From an uncultured Isosphaeraceae bacterium (lineage in GTDB: Bacteria > Planctomycetota > Phycisphaerae > Phycisphaerales > SM1A02), in NCBI GenBank assembly GCA_964546085.1, contig CAZJIB010000011.1, positions 2,313 to 66,312 on the forward strand: a stretch of 64,000 nt of DNA. The letters run 5' to 3'. Made by a program: the position numbers and the translations under genes. The notes under the pieces are model-generated. The model saw only the letters and a list, made by a program, of their open reading frames with translations. It was not told the origin of the DNA and made no database searches. This document shows positions 45,660 through 54,574 of the stretch, piece by piece. The first letter of the stretch is position 1. Every line of letters starts with the position of its first letter.

Positions 45660-48614
45660 ATGGCCATTTCGCCGCAGCAGCCAGTCGGGAAGAAACCCGA
45701 CGATCCGACCGCCATCGTCGACGATGTCACATGCAGCCTTCGCGCAACAGCCGAGGAACTTGTGCCCTGGTTCCTTGAGCAAATGCCGCTGATGTACTTT
45801 CAGGACACCGATCGCAATACGCAACTTGCCCACTTGCGATCCATCATTGCCGCAAAGGCATCCGGGCGGCCGATCGAACTGACACAACGGAGCGAGGACG
45901 GCAGCGAGTGGACATTCATGCGACCTCGCGACTATCCAGGAATCCTGGCCGAGGTCATGGCCGAACTGCCGCTGGGCACACTCCGGGCGGCGAAGATCCA
46001 CACGGCAGACGATGGCAATCTCGTGCTCGACACCTTCATCTTTGGCGAAGCGCCGGCGTTCTCACCGGAGGATCCCGATCACATCGCCAAGGTGGAAGAG
46101 ACCATCTCCTACGCTGCGGAGCACCTCCCCGAACTCTCGGAACAGGAGGTCCGCGACTTCTTCAGCCGCTGCTCGGAAGACTACATTCTGACGGTCACGC
46201 CGCTGCGAATGGTCAAACACTGGTCGCTCTTCCATCAACTCAGTGGAACCGACGGGACAAGTGTGGCACTTGAGAGGGAGTCTGACCTCAGCCTCAGCCG
46301 CATCGTCGTTGCCGTCAGCAACTCGACCCGTCGAACCATGTTGCAGCGGATCGCAACGCGGCTCAGCAAGTCACGCATCAATATTCACCGCGCCTATCTC
46401 GACAGCATCAGCGACGGCGAAAACGGTTGGATCTCGCTGGTCGGTTGTGTCGTGCAGGGACCGGACGGCGGACCCATAGACCCGCACAGCCGACTCTGGG
46501 ACGAAGTCCGCCGCGATCTACTTCGACTGAAGTGGTACGACCCGCGCGTGGTCAAACTCGGCTATGCCAAACCGGAGGTCGGACTGGAAAAGGCCGAGAT
46601 CGTCATTGCGCTTCTCGACCTCGCCTACCAGTCGCTGGTGAAGATTAACCCCTACGCATTCAACCCCGACCGCATGGAAACGCTGGCCCACGAGAATCTC
46701 GACATCACTGTCGCGATCGCCGATCTCTTTCGCGCAAGGTTCAATCCCGATGTCACCCTCGGCGAGAGGTCATTCGCAGAGCAGGTTGCGGTACTGCACG
46801 AGGACATCGACAGCCAAGTAGATCTGGAAGACGCACGCACTGTTCTGCACCGACTGGTCAAGGCCGTCGTCGCAGTCAGGCGAACGAACCTCTTCCTGGA
46901 GGATCGCTACGCACTGTCGATGCGCATTGATCCCGCGATCCTGACGACCGACGAGCGTGCCGAAACGCCCTTCGGCGTCTTCTTCGTACACGGCCGTGAT
47001 CTCAACGGGTTCCATGTCCGTTTTCGCGATATCGCGCGCGGTGGTGTTCGCGCCATTCACCCGCGCGGCCGCGAAGAACACGCTCGGGAACAGGAGCGCC
47101 TCTACGACGAAGCGTACAACCTCGCATTCGCCCAGCAACTCAAGAACAAGGACATACCCGAGGGCGGCGCAAAGGCTGCAATTCTCGTTCACCCAAGGGG
47201 ACGCGTCAGCCGATCAGTCAAGGCGTTTGTCGACTCACTGCTCGACCTGATCACCCCCGACGAGCAGACGACCAGTCGCATTGTCGATCGCCTCGGCCAC
47301 GATGAGTTGCTGTATCTCGGCCCGGATGAAAACATCACGCCGGAACTCATTGAGTGGATCGTCGACCGCGCACACCGTCGCGGATATCCCATGCCCACTG
47401 CACTCATGAGCAGCAAACCTGGAGCCGGCATCAACCACAAGGAGTACGGTGTCACCAGCGAGGGTGTCGTCGTTTTCCTCGACACCATGCTCCGCGCAAG
47501 GGGCATCGATCCATCGACGACTAGATTCACCGTGAAGATGACCGGTGGGCCGGACGGCGATGTCGGCGGAAATGGCATCCGAATCATGATCCGCGAGTAC
47601 GGCGACAACGTTTCGTTCGTCGGCATCGCCGACGGGTCAGGCTGCGGCGAAGACCCAGATGGCTTGAACCACGCCGAACTCTTGCGGCTCGTTGAAGAGG
47701 AGTTGCCCATCGCGGAGTTTGACCGCACGCGGCTCGGCCCACGCGGTCGCATTGTCTCGATCGAGGACGAGGACGGTTTTCACCTACGAAACTCGATGCA
47801 CAACCGCGTCGTCTCGGACGCATTCGTGCCCTGCGGCGGTCGACCCGCAACCATACACGGCGGAAACTGGAAGGCGTTTCTGCGGGAGAACGGGGCGCCA
47901 AGCAGCCCGATCATCATTGAGGGCGCCAACCTGTTCCTCACGCCCGATGCACGCCGCGAACTGTCCAACGCAGGCGTTGTGATCCTGAAGGATTCGTCGG
48001 CGAACAAGTGCGGCGTCATCTGCTCCAGCTTCGAAATCGGTGCGTGCATGCTGCTGGACGAAACAGAGTTCATGGCGATCAAGGAGACATTTGTGGCGCA
48101 AGTGCTTGAGAGGCTGCGTGCACTGGCTCGCGCAGAAGCGGAACTGCTGGTCCGCCTGCACCAGCATCACCCGCAAGCACCCCTGCCAGAAATGAGTGTC
48201 CGGATCAGCCACATCATGAAACGAACGGCCGATGCAGTCGCCGCTGGCTGGGACACGATGGACGACCAGCAGATCTCCGAACTCCGTCAACTGGTTCTTG
48301 ACCACCTCCCGCCCATCCTTGTCGAAACGGCGGGCGACCGCCTCTGGACACAACTGCCCCCGGCATACCTCGCATGGATGATGGCAAAGTCACTCGCCGC
48401 CCGCATCGTGTACCGCGAAGGGTTTGAATACCTCGAAACAATGGAAGACGGCGACCTCGACGACATCGCACTTCGCTATCTCGATCTCGAACAGGAACGG
48501 TCCACGCTCGCAGAGGCCGTTCTTGACTCGCCCATGGAGGACAAGGCACGAATTGCCGCCCTCCTTCGCAACGCCGGTATATTCTCCACGATGGGGCGAC
48601 GCGACCAACAGTAG
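45660..48614 (+). CDS. Large (~110 kDa, yeast-Gdh2-like) NAD-specific glutamate dehydrogenase
   Basis: Catalytic-Lys region FAQQLKNKDIPEGGAKAAIL and dinucleotide fold KMTGGPDGDVGGNGI. The 984-aa length fits neither the 50-kDa nor the 180-kDa GDH class. Confidence 0.75.
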   Translation: MAISPQQPVGKKPDDPTAIVDDVTCSLRATAEELVPWFLEQMPLMYFQDTDRNTQLAHLRSIIAAKASGRPIELTQRSEDGSEWTFMRPRDYPGILAEVMAELPLGTLRAAKIHTADDGNLVLDTFIFGEAPAFSPEDPDHIAKVEETISYAAEHLPELSEQEVRDFFSRCSEDYILTVTPLRMVKHWSLFHQLSGTDGTSVALERESDLSLSRIVVAVSNSTRRTMLQRIATRLSKSRINIHRAYLDSISDGENGWISLVGCVVQGPDGGPIDPHSRLWDEVRRDLLRLKWYDPRVVKLGYAKPEVGLEKAEIVIALLDLAYQSLVKINPYAFNPDRMETLAHENLDITVAIADLFRARFNPDVTLGERSFAEQVAVLHEDIDSQVDLEDARTVLHRLVKAVVAVRRTNLFLEDRYALSMRIDPAILTTDERAETPFGVFFVHGRDLNGFHVRFRDIARGGVRAIHPRGREEHAREQERLYDEAYNLAFAQQLKNKDIPEGGAKAAILVHPRGRVSRSVKAFVDSLLDLITPDEQTTSRIVDRLGHDELLYLGPDENITPELIEWIVDRAHRRGYPMPTALMSSKPGAGINHKEYGVTSEGVVVFLDTMLRARGIDPSTTRFTVKMTGGPDGDVGGNGIRIMIREYGDNVSFVGIADGSGCGEDPDGLNHAELLRLVEEELPIAEFDRTRLGPRGRIVSIEDEDGFHLRNSMHNRVVSDAFVPCGGRPATIHGGNWKAFLRENGAPSSPIIIEGANLFLTPDARRELSNAGVVILKDSSANKCGVICSSFEIGACMLLDETEFMAIKETFVAQVLERLRALARAEAELLVRLHQHHPQAPLPEMSVRISHIMKRTADAVAAGWDTMDDQQISELRQLVLDHLPPILVETAGDRLWTQLPPAYLAWMMAKSLAARIVYREGFEYLETMEDGDLDDIALRYLDLEQERSTLAEAVLDSPMEDKARIAALLRNAGIFSTMGRRDQQ

Positions 48615-48658
48615 CGACCGCGCCCTTCAGGACCGCCCGGGGATCGAGGAGGTGAAAC

Positions 48659-50377
48659 GTGATACTCACTGCCATGACAACGCTCTTCATCGCTGCCACA
48701 GGCGCGGCGCAGGATCCCGTCGCACTTTCCATGGAACCTGTCGACGCAGAGGACACTATCTCGGCCATCACCCTCTACCGCGGCCGGGCAGCCGTCACGC
48801 GAACGACAACACTCGATCTCGAACCAGGTGGCTGGTCCGTCTTCTTTCGCGATCTGCCGCACGGCGCCGACCGCGATTCGATGCAGGCGAGCGTCAGCGG
48901 TGACGCGCGGCTGATGGCCGTCGATACCTCGTTGTACGAAGTGCATGAAATGGATCAGGAGATCGTCGCGGAACTCAACGCGCAGATCGAGACCGTACAG
49001 AAATCGCTTGAGGAGGCAAACGCCACCTCGTCCGGGCTGGAGATCCAGACAGCTCTCCTGCAGAAATGGGCCACAGCCGCCTCGACTCAAGATGATCCCG
49101 GGGCGGAGGACCGCCCGTTCGATCTGGATGCCTTTGGGGCGCAGTTGGCGTTCATCGGCCAGAAGTACGAGACCATCTCACTTGAACACACAAGAATCCA
49201 GATCCGGATCGAGGAACTGGAAGATGAACTACGCGTCCTGAAACAACGCCGCCGAAATATCGCGCAGACCAGCGGCGGCACCTATGAATATCGCGATGGG
49301 CGGCGGATTCTGGATGCCGTTGTCGACATCGGCGTCCGCACCCGCGGGCCGGTAACGGTCGAAATTACCTACCTGATCGCCAACGCAACTTGGGAACCCC
49401 GTTACGCCATTCATGCCAGCGGTGATGGCAGCGATGTCACGATTGACTACGACGCAATCATCACGCAGCGGACGGGCGAAAACTGGAACGATGTTGCGCT
49501 CACTCTTTCGACGGCCCAACCACAGCAATCGGCCGATGCGCCGATGCCGCGTCCATGGTATGTGGATGTCTACAAGGCACCGCCGCCCACCGCGGCCGGC
49601 CCGGCTCTCGGGGCGGAGTTCAGGGCTCGCAGGATGGCATCGGCGGATGCAATGGTGGGTGTGGCCACCGCTGGCGAAATGGTGGACATGGCATCTGCAG
49701 CGGCGGTGGTCGTCGGTGATGGTCCGGCCGTGAGTTTTGCCATTCCAAGGCAGTTGACCATCCCGTCCAACCGGGAGGACACGCAGACGGTGAGCATTGC
49801 GTCAGTCGACGCAACAACATCGCTCTTCCGCGTCGCAGTACCGATGCTCACCGACACGGTCTACATCCAGAGCAGGATCACCAACGAGAGCCCCTACATC
49901 CTTCTGCCAGGACAGGTGGCGATATTCCACGGCAGCGACTTTGTCGGGAGAACCCGGTTATCGACCGTCGCACCGTCCGAGACATTCGACCTTGGTCTGG
50001 GCATTGATCCGGCGATGACAGCGGTACGAACGCTCGTCGAAAAAAATACATCGTCCACCGGACTCTTCGGCGGCGGCCGCCGCACGGCATGGGCATGGCG
50101 CATCGCAGTCTCCAACGGAAATGACAAGCCCGTCGATGTGCGGCTCTGGGATCGCATCCCCGTTTCGCGAAACGAGGAAATCCAAGTGTCTTTCAAGAAC
50201 ACTGCGACACCTCTGTCCTCTGATCCGACCTACCTCAGCGTCGACCGGCCACAGGGACTGCTGCGGTGGGACTTCACAGCCGCGGCAGATACGACGGGCG
50301 CAGGCAGCACAATCATTACCTGGGCAGTCACGCTGGACCGTGCCAAGGACATCGAAACGACACCGCTTCCCGAATGA
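48659..50377 (+). CDS. DUF4139/DUF4140 (MuiA-like) secreted protein
   Basis: GTG start lies 5-6 nt after GAGGAGGTGA. It has a signal peptide MILTAMTTLFIAATGAAQ, a central coiled coil and a block ANATWEPRYAIHAS typical of this family as I recall it. Confidence 0.65.
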   Translation: MILTAMTTLFIAATGAAQDPVALSMEPVDAEDTISAITLYRGRAAVTRTTTLDLEPGGWSVFFRDLPHGADRDSMQASVSGDARLMAVDTSLYEVHEMDQEIVAELNAQIETVQKSLEEANATSSGLEIQTALLQKWATAASTQDDPGAEDRPFDLDAFGAQLAFIGQKYETISLEHTRIQIRIEELEDELRVLKQRRRNIAQTSGGTYEYRDGRRILDAVVDIGVRTRGPVTVEITYLIANATWEPRYAIHASGDGSDVTIDYDAIITQRTGENWNDVALTLSTAQPQQSADAPMPRPWYVDVYKAPPPTAAGPALGAEFRARRMASADAMVGVATAGEMVDMASAAAVVVGDGPAVSFAIPRQLTIPSNREDTQTVSIASVDATTSLFRVAVPMLTDTVYIQSRITNESPYILLPGQVAIFHGSDFVGRTRLSTVAPSETFDLGLGIDPAMTAVRTLVEKNTSSTGLFGGGRRTAWAWRIAVSNGNDKPVDVRLWDRIPVSRNEEIQVSFKNTATPLSSDPTYLSVDRPQGLLRWDFTAAADTTGAGSTIITWAVTLDRAKDIETTPLPE

Positions 50378-51672
50378 TCTTCGTGCTGCTTCTTATCACG
50401 GCGATTGCGGACTGGGAACCGGGGCAGCGTGTCATAGTTGATGTCTCCCGCGGACATTCAATTCCCGGATTCGTCGTGGGATATCAGGACGGCGTGTTGG
50501 ATGTGCGCGACCTGGATGATGCCTTGCACACGCTGAACCTCCAGGAGGTGTCGCGAGTTGTCAGGCTGATCGATGGTGGCGTAGATGTCATGGGCACGGT
50601 CGTCCTTCGAGGTGGGCAACAGCGGCACGGCACGATCCTGCAGGACGACTTTGACGAGGTAGTCTTTCGCATGCACGGTGGGCTGGTGACAGTGCCCCGC
50701 AGCGAAGTCAGCCATGTCGTTCTCGACACACCCTTCGAGGACCAGTACGCGGCGATTCTCGACGGCATCGACCTGAACAATTTCGAGCACCGGATCCTGT
50801 TGGTGGAGTGGTTGGTGGAGCAGCGGCGTTTGGAACTGGCATCGGATTACCTCGCGGAACTGCCCCCGGAAGACAGAATTGCCCGCGTGCAAACACTTGA
50901 GCGACACATCGCCATCCTGCATCGGCAGAGTGATCGAGATGTGACGACCGAACAGATCAGTCCGGTGCCGCAGCGCGTGCCGTACGACGAATCGGCTGCG
51001 CCGGGGCGATTGCTCACGGAAGAGGAGGTCAACCTCATCCGTGTGTACGAGATCGACATGACGAATCCGCCGCGAATCCGCATTTCGCCGGCGGCGAGGA
51101 TGCTCCTCCTGAAGTCCCACGGAAACGACGCCCGGATGCCGCAAGCAAGTGCGCTCATGGAGATGGACGACCTCGCGGTACTTCGATTGATGCGGCAGGT
51201 CGGCGCTCAGGACCTGTACGGCGAGGTCTCGATCTTGACCGAGCCGTCTGCCCTGCTTCGCTTCGGCCGCGATGTCCACGACCGCTGGCTCATGGATCGC
51301 TGCGGCAACCGCGCGTGCCATGGCGGCCCTTATGGCGGGCCTTTTCGACTTCGACGACTGCCACCGCGTGACGTCCGGGCGCGGTACGCCAACCTGTTGA
51401 TGCTGGAACGCTTCGAGGTAGATCCGGCATGGCCGATGGTCAACTACGACCTGCCCCTTCAGTCGCTGGTGGTGCAATACGCCCTGCCCCGTCATCTGGC
51501 AGACCATCCCCATCCAGATGCGAACGGCTGGCAACCTGCCCTTCGCTCGCCCGAGAGCAAGCGAACGATCGATTCGCTGGCTTGGATCGCATCGATGCAG
51601 CAGGTTCCTCGCCCCGAATACCCCATTGTCTTCCCGGATGACCCCTCAGAGCCAGTCTCGGATGATCCCTGA
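50374..51672 (+). CDS. Hypothetical protein with a PSCyt-like (Planctomycete cytochrome-c-like) motif carrying CX4CH
   Basis: ATGA overlap with the upstream stop. The N-terminal TM or signal is MIFVLLLITAIA. The stretch FGRDVHDRWLMDRCGNRACHGGPYGGPFRLRRL resembles the PSCyt consensus F.RDV.P.L...C..CHG....GGLRL. Confidence 0.55.
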   Translation: MIFVLLLITAIADWEPGQRVIVDVSRGHSIPGFVVGYQDGVLDVRDLDDALHTLNLQEVSRVVRLIDGGVDVMGTVVLRGGQQRHGTILQDDFDEVVFRMHGGLVTVPRSEVSHVVLDTPFEDQYAAILDGIDLNNFEHRILLVEWLVEQRRLELASDYLAELPPEDRIARVQTLERHIAILHRQSDRDVTTEQISPVPQRVPYDESAAPGRLLTEEEVNLIRVYEIDMTNPPRIRISPAARMLLLKSHGNDARMPQASALMEMDDLAVLRLMRQVGAQDLYGEVSILTEPSALLRFGRDVHDRWLMDRCGNRACHGGPYGGPFRLRRLPPRDVRARYANLLMLERFEVDPAWPMVNYDLPLQSLVVQYALPRHLADHPHPDANGWQPALRSPESKRTIDSLAWIASMQQVPRPEYPIVFPDDPSEPVSDDP

Positions 51673-51727
51673 ATCTGAAGACCCCGCTACACTGTCCCGT
51701 GCATTTCTTGTCCAAGGTGAAAACGCC

Positions 51728-53620
51728 ATGGCTGTTCGAATCCAACTGATTTCCCGTACTGCGCTATCGATGATGCTGATCGGTCTGGCGGCCTGCGCAG
51801 ATGCGAATCCGAGGCAGGAAGCCCAGCGGAACATTGAGGAACTGTCGATGCGGTTGAGCGTCGCCGTTCGATCTGATGATGAAGAAACGCTGGATAGCCT
51901 GACGAAGGAAGCCTCCCGGCTGCAGGTCGAAACGCCCGCTCAGGAAGAGGCGAAGGCGGGCATCAAGGCGACTGCGGAGGCGCACCTGGCCACGCTGCAG
52001 TACGAGGACATCGTCGCCCGCGCCAATGACATCGTGCTGGCGTTCCATGTCGCAGTGGATTATGCAACGCAAGCGGCCCTGCTTCGGGTGGCAGGCGCGG
52101 CCATGCAGGAGACGTCGCAGGAACGCGGTGTCGATGTGCTTGCCCCCCTTCAGGACGATCAGCGGCAGCGGCGGGCGGAGATGGAGTCGCAACTTCAGGA
52201 AATCAACGCAAGGATCGCCACCCTGCAAACCGCTACGGCGGATGCAAGGCGCCGGGCCGATGCGCTGCGAGAGGAAGCCGATGGGCTCCTGCGAGAGGCA
52301 CAGGAACTCGGACCAGTCGAGGGGTTCAACCCGCTTCGAAAGGGGCTCGCAACGATTCGTCAGGCGGAAGGCGTGGACCTTGACGCCGCAACCATCGCTC
52401 TGGAGTCGGAAATTCATGCCCAGCGAACCGCGGGCGATGCGCAGGCGGAAGTCGACGGCATCACAGTTCTGCTCCCGAAGTTGCGGGACTCGATGGACCG
52501 ATTGGGGCAGATCCGCGGAGCATCCCGCGAGGGGGCCGCGTCGCTTCGAACACTTGCGGACGAATTTGATGCCAGTGCGGCAGAGGCCATGTCGAATGCG
52601 TCATCACAGGCGGCGGACCTCGCCGCTGCTTGGGGGGATGTCGCCTCGACGCTCGATCGAGCGTACCGGGCCACAAGCCGCGCAGGCGGCACCTCACGGG
52701 AGTCTCGAGCGACCGCTGCTGCACGCTCATTGAACCTGCTCTGGACGCTTGGACGGATTCAGGAAGCGTACGCAGCGTTTCTTTCGCAGGACGCGGCTGC
52801 GGTGTCCCGAATGATCGACCTTGGCATCGTAACTTCGGCGAGTACATGGCAGGAGCGGGCAAATTCACTCTCATCGCTCTTGGATGACGCGGCCGCCAAC
52901 GCGACGGCGACCTACGAACAAGCCAAGCAGGTGGCGGGGAAACTCGGCAACAACGGCGCAGCCATGGCTGCACAACTCGACCGCCGAATCGCTGCGCTGG
53001 CCGGCGAGCTGTTGCCCCCGCCAGCACCTGTAGCGCCTCCTGCTGGTGGCACGACATCGGCGCCCACACCACCTGCATCGACACCGACAGCAGTTCCAGG
53101 TTTCGAATCTCCAGAGGCGCTTGTTGCGTATCTCAATGACCTCTCCTTTGAGGACATGCCGCCGCTGGAAACGGTGTATATCGCCAAGTCCGCTGATGCA
53201 AAGAGTGTGCTCGCCGCCACCACAAAGATTGTGGATGCCGGCCAGCGTGCCATGCGGGTTGTCAGGAATCGATTCGGCGACAAGGGGATCACGGCGGTCA
53301 GGGACGCGCTCGCGGAAAAGAATCTCGATCTGGAGCAGAATCTCGATGCGGCCTCGGTCACCATGGTGTCCGATATTGAGGCGACTGTCCGCGATGGTCG
53401 CAGCGGCACTGTCATGACGATGGTCAAGGTACCTCGCGGCTGGATGCTCAGTTTGGATTCGATTGCGACACCGGCCGTAGCCGCCCAATTGGACGCCGCA
53501 ACGCAGTTGATGGTCAACCTCTTCAATACGCTTGCCCAGCAGGTCGAGGCCGGCACCATTCAAAGCGTCGAACAACTCTCTTTCGCCATCTCTGCCGCCC
53601 TCATGGGCGGAGGTGTCTGA
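51728..53620 (+). CDS. Coiled-coil lipoprotein, function unknown
   Basis: The ATG at 51728 follows AAGGTGA. The lipobox is MMLIGLAAC. The protein has ~400 aa of Ala/Glu/Arg-rich helical sequence, a Pro-rich linker PPPAPVAPPAGGTTSAPTPPASTP and a C-terminal globular domain. Confidence 0.55.
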   Translation: MAVRIQLISRTALSMMLIGLAACADANPRQEAQRNIEELSMRLSVAVRSDDEETLDSLTKEASRLQVETPAQEEAKAGIKATAEAHLATLQYEDIVARANDIVLAFHVAVDYATQAALLRVAGAAMQETSQERGVDVLAPLQDDQRQRRAEMESQLQEINARIATLQTATADARRRADALREEADGLLREAQELGPVEGFNPLRKGLATIRQAEGVDLDAATIALESEIHAQRTAGDAQAEVDGITVLLPKLRDSMDRLGQIRGASREGAASLRTLADEFDASAAEAMSNASSQAADLAAAWGDVASTLDRAYRATSRAGGTSRESRATAAARSLNLLWTLGRIQEAYAAFLSQDAAAVSRMIDLGIVTSASTWQERANSLSSLLDDAAANATATYEQAKQVAGKLGNNGAAMAAQLDRRIAALAGELLPPPAPVAPPAGGTTSAPTPPASTPTAVPGFESPEALVAYLNDLSFEDMPPLETVYIAKSADAKSVLAATTKIVDAGQRAMRVVRNRFGDKGITAVRDALAEKNLDLEQNLDAASVTMVSDIEATVRDGRSGTVMTMVKVPRGWMLSLDSIATPAVAAQLDAATQLMVNLFNTLAQQVEAGTIQSVEQLSFAISAALMGGGV

Positions 53621-53651
53621 CACCGGTACCTGATACCGGTGTCAGACACCT
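53611..53651. terminator. Perfect 18-bp inverted repeat spanning both stop codons of a convergent gene pair (candidate bidirectional terminator)
   Basis: AGGTGTCTGACACCGGTA (53611-53628) pairs with TACCGGTGTCAGACACCT (53634-53651), with loop CCTGA. The plus-strand TGA is at 53618-53620 and the minus-strand TGA at 53644-53642. There is no flanking T-tract. Confidence 0.55.
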
Positions 53652-54574
53652 GTGTTGGCGGCGACTATGGAGGCGTTACGGCGGATCATGTCGAGTTTCG
53701 CCCGCTTCATCGCGGAGCCTCGGAATGCGGAGCGCCGGTCGTCGTCGGTCCAATCCATGACCTCGTGCACATCGAGAGATGCACCGCGGCTGTCATAGGC
53801 GGAATTGGTGGGCGCGGCGGCTGTTCGCTCGGTTGGGGCATTGTGGGGGCAAACTTCCTGGCAGACATCACAACCGAAGACCCAACGCCCCACGGACGCT
53901 TTGACTGATGCTTCAATGTCTCCGCGGTGTTCGATCGTCAGGTAACTGATGCACAGTCGTGCATCCACCGACCCCTCGCTGATCGCGCCGGTCGGGCAGG
54001 CATCAATGCAGCGGGTACATGAGCCGCACGGATCGTCGTCGATCGGCTGCGTCGGTTGCAATGGCAGCGTCGTAACGATGGCCCCGAGCAACATCCAACT
54101 GCCAATACTCGGACTGATGAGCAGTGTGTTGCGGCCGATGGCACCAAGCCCGGCAGCGGCCGCGTGTTGCCGCTCCATGATCGGGGCGGTGTCTACGCAC
54201 GCTCGAAAGACAAACTCCGGTGCGTCGGCCCGCATGGCATCACACATGGCGTGCAGTCGGCGCTTGATCACGAGGTGATAGTCATCTCCGCGGGCATACC
54301 GTGCTATCAATCCGCCTTCGCACTCATCATCAGATGTCATTCCGGGATGTCGGTCGGCGACGCAAATGATGCTCTTGGCTCCTGGCACAAGGACGCGCGG
54401 ATCGATGCGAGCCTCGACAGTACGCTCCATGTAGGACATGGTTCCGTTACGGCCCGCAGCAAGCCACGCACGCAACCCGTCACCGCCTCGGGGAATCGCA
54501 TCGCACACACCGACCAGTGCAAAGCCTTCCGCCAAGCCGAGTCGCCGAACTGCCTCAGTATCGGGTAGCGGCAT
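53642..54574 (-). CDS. queG: tRNA epoxyqueuosine(34) reductase
   Basis: Fe-S motifs CGSCTRCIDACPTGAI and VFGCDVCQEVCPHN, plus CISYLTIEHRGDI. Confidence 0.85.
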   Translation of the reverse strand: MPLPDTEAVRRLGLAEGFALVGVCDAIPRGGDGLRAWLAAGRNGTMSYMERTVEARIDPRVLVPGAKSIICVADRHPGMTSDDECEGGLIARYARGDDYHLVIKRRLHAMCDAMRADAPEFVFRACVDTAPIMERQHAAAAGLGAIGRNTLLISPSIGSWMLLGAIVTTLPLQPTQPIDDDPCGSCTRCIDACPTGAISEGSVDARLCISYLTIEHRGDIEASVKASVGRWVFGCDVCQEVCPHNAPTERTAAAPTNSAYDSRGASLDVHEVMDWTDDDRRSAFRGSAMKRAKLDMIRRNASIVAANTGV

